A DNA stretch of 64,000 bases from Acidimicrobiaceae bacterium (lineage in GTDB: Bacteria; Actinomycetota; Acidimicrobiia; Acidimicrobiales; Bog-793). Shown in pieces: positions 1 to 7,565 of the stretch. A program made the position numbers and the translations under genes. The notes under the pieces are model-generated. The model ran no database searches, was not told the DNA's origin, and worked only from the letters and a program-made list of their open reading frames with translations. Where the stretch lies: contig PLPK01000018.1 in NCBI GenBank assembly GCA_003159795.1, forward strand, positions 1,394 through 65,393, read 5' to 3'. The number at the start of each line of letters is the position of its first letter. The stretch's first letter is position 1.

Positions 1-205
1 AGTCGATCTCGACCCCATCGAAGACGACCGTCCCGGTGTCGGGGTGTTCCAGACCGAGCAGGCAGTTGAAAAGGGTCGTCTTGCCGGCGCCGTTCGGCCC
101 GACAAGCCCGACGGCCTCACCCTCGTCGATCGAGAGCGAGAGCCGGCTCAGCGCGACGATCCCCCCGAAGCTCTTCGAGATGTCGCGGGCGACGAGCAGG
201 GCCAC
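1..205 (-). CDS. ABC transporter ATP-binding protein (branched-chain amino-acid LivG/LivF-like). Only the N-terminal part is present; the gene runs off the window start.
   Basis: The minus-strand translation from GTG at 205 reads VALLVARDISKSFGGIVALSRLSLSIDEGEAVGLVGPNGAGKTTLFNCLLGLEHPDTGTVVFDGVEID, with Walker A GPNGAGKTT. It starts 4 nt after the permease stop. The listed + ORFs 36..350 and 44..229 are its antisense shadows. Confidence 0.85.
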   Translation of the reverse strand, partial: MALLVARDISKSFGGIVALSRLSLSIDEGEAVGLVGPNGAGKTTLFNCLLGLEHPDTGTVVFDGVEID

Positions 206-208
206 GGG

Positions 209-2188
209 TCACCGCCCCCCGGGGCTTGAACCGACGGCCAATCGCTGCTCGGGTTGGTCGTTGCGCGTGAGGAAGTGGGCGAACTGGTCTGCGCGGTCGA
301 GCACCCAGCGGCGCACGTACTCCACCGCCCCCTCGGGATGGCGTACGTAGGTGACCGCGGCGAGACCGAAGATCAGCGCGACGAGCGAGCCGTAACGTGC
401 CGGCAGGTTGTTGATCAGCTGCTGGAGCACCGTGTAGGCCAGGCCCGCCTCGATCGCCCCCGCCACCGAGTAGACCCCCACGGTCGCCACGATGACGACG
501 AAAACGAGCGAGAACTGGTAGTTGAAATCGGACGCGGACACCGTCTGCTCGAGCGAGGCGTAGAGCGCGCCACCGATCCCGGCAAGTGCCGCCGAGAACA
601 TAAAGGCGATGACGCGCAGCCGCCGCACGTTGATGCCGATCGAGGCCGCGCCAATCTCCGAGGATCGCAGCGCGGCAAGTTCCCCACCGACGGAGCCGTG
701 CTGCAGAAGCCACACGACGCCGGCGGCGATCGTCAGCACGACGAGCGTGAGCCAGAAGAACGAGCCGTTCCCCGCGAAGCTGAACGTACCGATGGTCGGT
801 CGCGGGACGCTGAGCCCCGTGGCACCGTTGCCGGACCACGAGTACTGGAAGAGCACGTTGTCGCCGAGGAGCGCGAACGACAGCGTGAGCAGCGCCAGCG
901 CGATCCCGCCGAGCCGGAGGCTCGGGACGGCAACCACCATGCCGACGAGCCCCGCCAGCACGCCGCCGGCGACGATGCCGAGCAGCAGCGCCGTCCCGAA
1001 GTGCGTGGCGAGCTGCCCGGCCGTGAAGGCACCAACGGCGGCGAACGACGCCTGGCACAGCGAGATCTGCCCGCTCATGCCCGTGAGCAGCGTGATGGAC
1101 AGGAAGATGATCGCGAAGACGAGCCCTTGGGTGATGGCGAACTCCCAGTTCCCCGGGACCAGCACGAGTGTGACGATGATGAAGACGGCGACGAGCAGGC
1201 CCGTGAAGGCCCGCGAGCCGAGGGTGACCTCAGTCATGTGGCCCGGCGGCTTGAGCGAGGCGGGAGGCGGGTCGCACACGGCCAGCGGGTCTCCCGACGG
1301 CCCCGAGGGACGGAACGACCGGCGCGCGACGAGCAGCACCGCCAGCACGACGAACGGGAACGCCGGTCGCAGCCCCGAGGACAGCACCGTTCCCGACGGC
1401 AGGTAGCCGCCGATCACCTCCTGGACGACACCGAGCGCGACGCCGCCGACGAGCGTGAGCGACAGGCTGGCGAACCCGCCGACGGCGGCGGCCGCGATCG
1501 CCGCGACGAGCAGCGCCGTGAAGTACGAGGGGTCCAAGGCGGCGTAGATGGGCGCGAGCAGCACGCCGGCGAGCCCGGCGAGCAGGCTCGAGAGCATCCA
1601 GGCGAACGTGCCCACCCGGTCGGCCCGGATCCCGGCGAGCTCGGTCATCCGGGGGCTCTCGACAACGGCCCGCATCCGCAGCCCCAGCCCGCTCGAGCTG
1701 AACATCAACGCGAGGCCGGCGACTACGACAACAGTGACGCCCGTCGTGAGCAGCTCCACCCCCGTCACGGGCACGGCTCCGAGCCAGAAGTAGACGTGGT
1801 CGGGGTTGAGCGCGAGCGCCGGCGGCGAGAGCCGCTGGCTCGTTCCGAAGATGATCTGGCAGATGCTCGGGATCGCGATGAGGAGCCCGAGCGCCGGCAC
1901 GAGCCGCACGAGGGGCGGGGCGGTGCGGGCGTACTGGAAGAGCAGCCGGTCCAGCGCGTAGCCGATCGCGGGGGCGAGCAGGACGACCGCGACGATGAAC
2001 GCCGCCCACTTCGGCCAGCCGTTCTCAACGGCGACATAGAAGACGATCGCCGAGACGTACGCCTGCGCGCCGAAGGCCAGATTGAACACACCCGACGCCT
2101 TGTAGGTGAGCACAAGGCCAGCGGCCATCAGCGCGTAGGCACACCCGTAGGGGATGCCGGGGAGCGCGTAGGAGAGGAACTGGCTCAA
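209..2188 (-). CDS. Branched-chain amino-acid ABC transporter permease, fused LivH-LivM type (659 aa).
   Basis: The protein is polytopic and hydrophobic throughout. It has two permease-like halves joined by a short Pro/Ser-rich linker (RSFRPSGPSGDPLAVCDPPPASLKPPGH). It sits between the ABC ATPase and the binding protein. The start is TTG at 2188. Confidence 0.85.
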   Translation of the reverse strand: MSQFLSYALPGIPYGCAYALMAAGLVLTYKASGVFNLAFGAQAYVSAIVFYVAVENGWPKWAAFIVAVVLLAPAIGYALDRLLFQYARTAPPLVRLVPALGLLIAIPSICQIIFGTSQRLSPPALALNPDHVYFWLGAVPVTGVELLTTGVTVVVVAGLALMFSSSGLGLRMRAVVESPRMTELAGIRADRVGTFAWMLSSLLAGLAGVLLAPIYAALDPSYFTALLVAAIAAAAVGGFASLSLTLVGGVALGVVQEVIGGYLPSGTVLSSGLRPAFPFVVLAVLLVARRSFRPSGPSGDPLAVCDPPPASLKPPGHMTEVTLGSRAFTGLLVAVFIIVTLVLVPGNWEFAITQGLVFAIIFLSITLLTGMSGQISLCQASFAAVGAFTAGQLATHFGTALLLGIVAGGVLAGLVGMVVAVPSLRLGGIALALLTLSFALLGDNVLFQYSWSGNGATGLSVPRPTIGTFSFAGNGSFFWLTLVVLTIAAGVVWLLQHGSVGGELAALRSSEIGAASIGINVRRLRVIAFMFSAALAGIGGALYASLEQTVSASDFNYQFSLVFVVIVATVGVYSVAGAIEAGLAYTVLQQLINNLPARYGSLVALIFGLAAVTYVRHPEGAVEYVRRWVLDRADQFAHFLTRNDQPEQRLAVGSSPGGR

Positions 2189-2209
2189 CTCGGGCGACGC
2201 CCTCGGGCC

Positions 2210-3553
2210 TCAACCACCCCCGCCGCCCGGGGCCACCAGGGGCGGGACGCCCGGCGGCAGGGGGACGACCTTCCCGATCGGCCCGTGGGCGGGATTCGGC
2301 ACCGGGAAGCAACTGAACACGCTCGGGGGCGTGCCGTAGACGGGGACGAACTCGTGTCCCCGCACCTGGACGAAGACGCTGCAGTTGAAGATCGTGCTGA
2401 CCTCGGTGTGGTCGGTACGCCAGTCGATCGGCGAGACGAGGCCGTGCGCCGTGAACAGCGTCATCTTGTTGATCGCCGCAACGAGGCGCGTTCGCGTGAC
2501 GTCACGGCCGACCGCCCGCAGCCCCGTCACGAACAGGTCGGCGCTCGTCCATCCCGCCAGCGCCGCCTCCGACGGTGCGTTCCCCGGCGTGTAGCGCGCG
2601 AGCGACTCCTCGAAGCGGACCATCGACGGATACCGCGAGGGATAGAGCTGGGCGACCTCGAACGGCGCGTGCTGGAGCATGAAGTAGACACCCTGCATCT
2701 CCGTCGACTCGCTCTTCAACGCCGACTTGTCGTAGCCGTCGAACCAGTACTGGGTCACCCCGGTCATCCCGAACTCCTGCATCGTGCTCGACAGCAGGAG
2801 CGAGCCGGTGAGGTCAAGACACGAGGTGACCATGTCGACGTGAAGCGACTTCATCCTCGTCACGTCGGCATTGAGGTCGAAAGCGGGCACCGGGACGGCG
2901 AGGTCCTCGAAGGCGATGTGGATGCCGTACCGGTGGAAGGCGTTGGCGACCCCCTGGCAACCCTCGCTCGACGCGCTGATGTTGTAGGCGATCAGCGCCG
3001 CCGCCTTGACGTGGTGCTGACGGGCGAGGTAGGCGGCCTGCAGCTGGGGCGACGTAAACGCCGTGTAGGAGCCGGTGTTGCCGAACATACTCAGACCCGC
3101 CCAGTCGGCGTTCGGGTTGACGTTCAGCCCGAACGTGGGGACGTCGTGCTCGGCGAGAAACGGCCCTCCCGAGAACGACGGGGTCGCGACCGGGACGACG
3201 GCGAAGACGTGGTCCTGCTCGACGAGCGTACGGGCCTGGCTCGCGTCCGTCGACGGGTCGGACTGATCGTCGAGCTTGTAGGCGAGGTCGATCTTGCGGC
3301 CGTTGACGCCACCGTTGGCGTTGACCCAGTCGAAGTAGGCCTGCGCCCCCGCGATCGCCGGTGCGAAGTCGGCGGGCAGAGGGCCGGTGATCGAGGCGAG
3401 CCCGCCGACGACGATCCGGTTCGCGTAGACGCCCTGGGTGTTCCCGGCGGTCGACGTGTCCGTCGCGGCGTTCCCGCACGCCGCGAGGACAGTCCCGACG
3501 AGCACGAGCGCCGCGCAAGCCGCGACGCCGGCCCGCCCACCCCGGACTCGCAT
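2210..3553 (-). CDS. ABC transporter substrate-binding lipoprotein (Leu/Ile/Val-binding, type I periplasmic binding protein family).
   Basis: The N-terminus carries a signal peptide and lipobox (VLVGTVLAACGN). The length and composition fit LivK-like binding proteins. A strong SD (GAAGGAG) lies upstream of the ATG at 3553. It is the first gene of the importer operon. Confidence 0.85.
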   Translation of the reverse strand: MRVRGGRAGVAACAALVLVGTVLAACGNAATDTSTAGNTQGVYANRIVVGGLASITGPLPADFAPAIAGAQAYFDWVNANGGVNGRKIDLAYKLDDQSDPSTDASQARTLVEQDHVFAVVPVATPSFSGGPFLAEHDVPTFGLNVNPNADWAGLSMFGNTGSYTAFTSPQLQAAYLARQHHVKAAALIAYNISASSEGCQGVANAFHRYGIHIAFEDLAVPVPAFDLNADVTRMKSLHVDMVTSCLDLTGSLLLSSTMQEFGMTGVTQYWFDGYDKSALKSESTEMQGVYFMLQHAPFEVAQLYPSRYPSMVRFEESLARYTPGNAPSEAALAGWTSADLFVTGLRAVGRDVTRTRLVAAINKMTLFTAHGLVSPIDWRTDHTEVSTIFNCSVFVQVRGHEFVPVYGTPPSVFSCFPVPNPAHGPIGKVVPLPPGVPPLVAPGGGGG

Positions 3554-3728
3554 CAGCCTCGCTCCTTCGACTTAGAGAAGCCTTCTGCCCGCGGTGACCT
3601 TACCCAATGGACCGCCCGTACGGGCAAGGCGGACCGGCATCACCAGGGTCCGCCCGCCCACCGAAGGGAGTACGCGCCCCACGGATCGCGCGGTTCTCCC
3701 GACCCCGGCTAGCCGGCGACCGAGGGCG

Positions 3729-4817
3729 CTATCCCCACAGTCCCTCCAGGTCGTCGAGGTCACCGGCGCGCTGCTTGTCCTGCGCGTCACGGGCCCGTTG
3801 CACTGCGTAGGCCCCCGGCCCGCCGGACGTCGCGGCCTCGACCCGGAACGCGACCCCGAGCACCGCGGCGAGGCTCGCAGCGACCGAGAACCGCAGGGCC
3901 TCGAGGTCGTAGCCGCCCTCGAGGACGAACACGAGCCGGCCGGTGGCGGGGGCGAACTCGCGCACCCGCCTCGCGAGGTTGGCGAAGTCCGCCGACGTGA
4001 GCGCGAGGTCGGCAAGCGGGTCGGCCCGGTGCGCGTCGAACCCCGCCGAGACGAGGACCCAGGTGGGCCGGAAGACGTCCACGGCCGGGGCGATCACCTC
4101 GTCGAGCGCCAGCAGCAGGACGTCGCCGGTCGTCCCGGGCGGCAGGGGCACGTTGAGGTTCAGGCCCCGCGCGTGCGGCCCGCCGATCTCCTCGGCGCGC
4201 CCCGTGCCGGGGAACAGGGGCCACTGATGGGTCGAGGCGTAGAGGACGCGCGGGTCGTCCCAGAAGGCCGCCTGCGTCCCGTTGCCGTGGTGGACGTCCC
4301 AGTCGAGGACGAGGACACGCTCGCCCCGGTCCGCGAGATCGGCGGCGCCGACCGCGACGTTGTTCAGCAGGCAGAAGCCCATCGCCGTGTCCGCCAGGGC
4401 GTGGTGTCCCGGGGGGCGGGCCGCGACGAACGCCACGTCGCCGGTCCCGCGCGCGAGGGCGTCGATGGCGGCGAGCACGCCACCGGCGGCGAGCAGGGCC
4501 GTGTCCCAGGATCCCGAGCTCACGAACGTGTCGTGGTCGAGCGCGCCGCCGCCACCGGCGCAGAACTCGCGCAACCAGCCGAGGTATGCGGGCTGGTGGA
4601 CGCGGACAAGCTCTATCTCGGTCGCCCGGCGGGCCTCGAGCGGGACGACCGCGTCCGACAGCCCGGCCAGGTCGATCCCGTCGAGCGCGGCCTGCACGCG
4701 GCTCGGACGCTCAGGATTCCCCTCGTTGACCTGGTGTCGATCAAGCTCCGGTGAGCCCGCCACGACAAGCACGACGCCACTGTAGGTCCGGCCACCCGAC
4801 ATCCCGACGGGCGCCAT
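3729..4817 (-). CDS. Histone deacetylase-family (AcuC/arginase-fold) Zn-dependent deacetylase.
   Basis: Classic HDAC motifs are present: RPPGHHA, DWDVHHGNGTQ and GFDAH. The start is uncertain: TTG at 4856, ATG at 4817 or ATG at 4802. I chose 4817. Confidence 0.85.
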   Translation of the reverse strand: MAPVGMSGGRTYSGVVLVVAGSPELDRHQVNEGNPERPSRVQAALDGIDLAGLSDAVVPLEARRATEIELVRVHQPAYLGWLREFCAGGGGALDHDTFVSSGSWDTALLAAGGVLAAIDALARGTGDVAFVAARPPGHHALADTAMGFCLLNNVAVGAADLADRGERVLVLDWDVHHGNGTQAAFWDDPRVLYASTHQWPLFPGTGRAEEIGGPHARGLNLNVPLPPGTTGDVLLLALDEVIAPAVDVFRPTWVLVSAGFDAHRADPLADLALTSADFANLARRVREFAPATGRLVFVLEGGYDLEALRFSVAASLAAVLGVAFRVEAATSGGPGAYAVQRARDAQDKQRAGDLDDLEGLWG

Positions 4818-4924
4818 CCCGGCAACCGATCCGCCGCGCTGGTCGCCACACCCCAACCAGCCGGGCCCGCGGGCCGTGGGTCGGGACCGCGCCGTCCGGC
4901 GCCGAGAGGAGCACTCGGCCGGTG

Positions 4925-6169
4925 TCAGTCCGGGTCGACGAAGATGGACGCCTGCTCGCCGCCGGCGGCGGCGATCTCGAGGGCAGTTCCCAGCTCGCGA
5001 TGGTGACGCAGCATCAGCTCGAAGCCGACCGGCCCAAGCAGTCTGTTCGCCGCAGTGTTAGCGGGGACCGGCCCGAGCAGCGCACGGCCCAGCTCGTCCG
5101 CGCACTCCTCGATCTCGTACTCGCGCGCGCGGCGCAACGGCCCGCCGTTCACCTGCCGATCCCGCAACCTTACGAGGCGCTCCAGGACGGTCTGCCGATC
5201 GCCGCCGCTCTCGGCGGCGTCGCGGAAATGCCGGTAGCGGGACGAACCGAGCGCCGATACGACCTTGGTGTGGCGCGCGGGATCGAGGAGCAGCGCCGCG
5301 AGGTCGACGATCGATGACGCTGCGTCCGACCGGTCGCGGTCACTCCCCGCGACCGCCTCGAGGAGGACCCTTTCCATCCTTTCCGGCTCGGGGAACACCC
5401 GGTCGACCCAGAACCACAGCGTCGCCCGGCGCCGCAGGGCGCTGTGCAGAACCAGGTCCCCGGTGGGATCGTCGAGGGTCAGCACCTTCCTTGCCAGGAA
5501 CAGGGCCAGGAGATCCTGGCGGCCGAGGAGCTTCGAGGGGTCCGCGCGCCAGCTCCGCACAGCCCGGTCGAGGAGCGCCCGGGGCTCCGAGCTCACCTCA
5601 CCCGCCTCGTTCACGATGCTGATCGAGGCACCAGGAGGAAGCGACGAGGCCAGCGTGAGGACCTGCAGCATGCGCTGCCGCTCGGCCCGGACGGCCGCGT
5701 CGATCCACCGGCGGTGATCGGCCCCCGTGGCGAGCCCCGTTCTCGCGCCGTGCCGGGTCACGACCGTGTTCCGCTGGAAGATCGTGACCTCGCCCGCCTC
5801 GGCCGGATACCGTCCCTCTTTTGAGAAGACGAGCGGGAGCTTCTCCTGGGGGTCGACCACGACCGAGATCACGTGCCGGCCGGGGCGGTCCGCCTGGGCG
5901 GAGCCGGTCGAGATCGCGACGTGGCCCGGCGCGATGCAGCCGTCGATGAGATCCGTTAGCGCCTCGGCGTCGAAGAACGCCCGGCTGGCGCGATCAAGGC
6001 CGGGACGATCGCCGCTGTGGGACTCGACCCCGAAAAGGATCTCGCCTCCTCCGCTGTTCGCCAGCGCGACAACCTCCCGGACGAGGCCGAGCCGATCGGC
6101 GGGATTGCCCGGGTCGAAACGGGGATACAGCATCACGGTCCGGTTTCCCCGCCCGAAATCGGCCATCAT
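4925..6169 (-). CDS. AlbA_2 (Schlafen-type putative nucleic-acid-binding) domain protein with an unassigned ~265-aa C-terminal region.
   Basis: The N-terminal ~150 aa fit the AlbA_2 pattern (VVALANSGGGEILFGVES; HVISVVVDPQEKLPLVF; VVTRHGARTGLAT). The rest is helical and Arg/Leu-rich, with no motif I recognise. The ATGATG start lies 6 nt after the methyltransferase stop. Confidence 0.6.
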   Translation of the reverse strand: MMADFGRGNRTVMLYPRFDPGNPADRLGLVREVVALANSGGGEILFGVESHSGDRPGLDRASRAFFDAEALTDLIDGCIAPGHVAISTGSAQADRPGRHVISVVVDPQEKLPLVFSKEGRYPAEAGEVTIFQRNTVVTRHGARTGLATGADHRRWIDAAVRAERQRMLQVLTLASSLPPGASISIVNEAGEVSSEPRALLDRAVRSWRADPSKLLGRQDLLALFLARKVLTLDDPTGDLVLHSALRRRATLWFWVDRVFPEPERMERVLLEAVAGSDRDRSDAASSIVDLAALLLDPARHTKVVSALGSSRYRHFRDAAESGGDRQTVLERLVRLRDRQVNGGPLRRAREYEIEECADELGRALLGPVPANTAANRLLGPVGFELMLRHHRELGTALEIAAAGGEQASIFVDPD

Positions 6170-6175
6170 CGCCCC

Positions 6176-7093
6176 CTAAGCGGCATCTTCCTCGCGCGCT
6201 TCGCGCGCCTCCTGGATCCTGCGCTCGGCGAGACGGACGTAGTTCTCGTCGGTCTCGTACCCGACGTAGTGGCGACGGGTCGCGATCGCGGCGACGGCCG
6301 TCGTGCCGGAGCCGATGAACGGGTCGAGGACGACGTCGTCGCGGTAGGTGTAGAGCTCGACGAGGCGACGCGGCAAGTCGACCGGGTAGGGGGCGGGGTG
6401 GCCGACCCGCGTCGCCGACTCCGGCGCGATGTGCCAGACGTCGAGGGTCCAGGACATGAAGTCTTCCTTGGCGATGCTGGCCTCGTGCGGCAGCCCGAGT
6501 GCCGCACGCCGCTTCGAGTCGAGCGCCCGGTCGAAGCGGCCCTTGCTCGCCACGATCACCCGTTCGGTCATGTCACGGAGCACGGGGTTCGAAGGTTTCA
6601 TGAACGATCCCCACGCGCAGTTGCCGCTCGCGCCGACGGCCTTCTGCCAGATGATCTCGCCGCGCAGAAGGAAGCCGAGGTTGTCCTGCAGGATCCTCGT
6701 CACGTCACCCGACAGCGAGCGGTACGGCTTGCGACCAAGGTTCGCCACGTTGATCGCGATCCTGCCGCCGGGCTCGAGAACCCTCCGGCACTCGGCGAAC
6801 ACGTCCTCGAGCTGTCTCAGGTACTCGACGTAGGTCGAGGGCACGTGGCCGCGCCCCATCTCCTCCTCGTAGCGCTTGCCGGAGAAATAGGGGGGCGAGG
6901 AGCACACAAGCGCGACGGACTTCGCGGGCACCTGCGCCATGTCGCGGGCGTCGCCGAGGATGATCGAATCACTGACCGTGCAGGCGCAGACCTCTTCATC
7001 GTCGGACATCTCGGGAGCGGTGAACCGGCGGTAGAACAAACTCGCATCGTGGTTCTCGCGCCGCGACGCACCGAAGTCCGACGTCTCCGTCAC
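6176..7093 (-). CDS. Beta-class DNA methyltransferase (N4-cytosine/N6-adenine family, PF01555-like). The SPPY motif suggests N4C.
   Basis: Motif IV (ALVCSSPPYFSG) is N-terminal and motif I (VLDPFIGSGTTAVAA) is C-terminal, which is the beta-class permutation. The start is GTG at 7093, preceded by GGGAGAAA. By eye the gene is slightly less GC-rich than its neighbours. Confidence 0.85.
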   Translation of the reverse strand: MTETSDFGASRRENHDASLFYRRFTAPEMSDDEEVCACTVSDSIILGDARDMAQVPAKSVALVCSSPPYFSGKRYEEEMGRGHVPSTYVEYLRQLEDVFAECRRVLEPGGRIAINVANLGRKPYRSLSGDVTRILQDNLGFLLRGEIIWQKAVGASGNCAWGSFMKPSNPVLRDMTERVIVASKGRFDRALDSKRRAALGLPHEASIAKEDFMSWTLDVWHIAPESATRVGHPAPYPVDLPRRLVELYTYRDDVVLDPFIGSGTTAVAAIATRRHYVGYETDENYVRLAERRIQEAREAREEDAA

Positions 7094-7117
7094 ATCATTT
7101 CTCCCAGTTCAGGCCCG

Positions 7118-7565
7118 TCACAAGTATGGCCCGCGGGTGTTCCCCGGCCGGGGATGCATCTGCCAACCCACACCGGCGCCAGCGCCGCCCGGCGGAACCG
7201 GTGCCCAACGCGCGTCGTCCAGCCCCCATCGCGTCGGGGCAGCAGGGTCCTCTCTATGAAGGGCGGCGCCGTCGATCGCCTGGCGCCACAGATCGGCGTG
7301 ACCGTTGTGCCGGGCGTACCCCTCGATCATGTGGACGAGGATCCTCCGCGGCAAGACCCCGCGGCCCCGCCACGTGTTCTTGCCGATCACGTCAAGCGAC
7401 CCGCTCGCGGCGACGGAGAACCGGGCGGCGGCACACTCCGCCTGCCAGGTGGTGAGACCCTCGGTGGCGTTGGCCGGCTCGGTGCCGTCGAAGTCGAGGT
7501 CGGGTTCCACTTCGGTGCAGTACGGGGCCGGCTGGCCGGCCGCCAGGAGGAGGTCGCGCCCGGGC
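7118..7565 (-). pseudogene. DinB/DUF664-family remnant: only the C-terminal half is present, plus an aberrant ~50-aa tail.
   Basis: It contains the family's C-terminal signature ILVHMIEGYARHNGHADLWRQAIDG. The N-terminal ~85 aa of the four-helix bundle are absent. The only in-frame start (7684) lies inside the debranching-enzyme gene. The ORF also continues well past the usual family C-terminus. Confidence 0.45.

Noticed and set aside
254-3712. An 1152-aa + strand ORF, the longest in the left part of the window.
   Set aside because: It is extremely Arg/Asp/Glu/Gly/His-rich with no domain-like segments. It is exactly antisense to the permease and binding-protein genes, which have clear family signatures. 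This is a typical high-GC antisense shadow ORF.
3554-3728. A 175-bp gap between the deacetylase stop and the binding-protein start, containing an 8-bp GC hairpin (GGCGGACC...GGTCCGCC). I considered it as a terminator, a riboswitch or a tRNA.
   Set aside because: The hairpin is not followed by a T-tract. No tRNA-like T-arm or anticodon structure is present, and I recognised no riboswitch core. It is probably just the promoter/5' UTR region of the importer operon.
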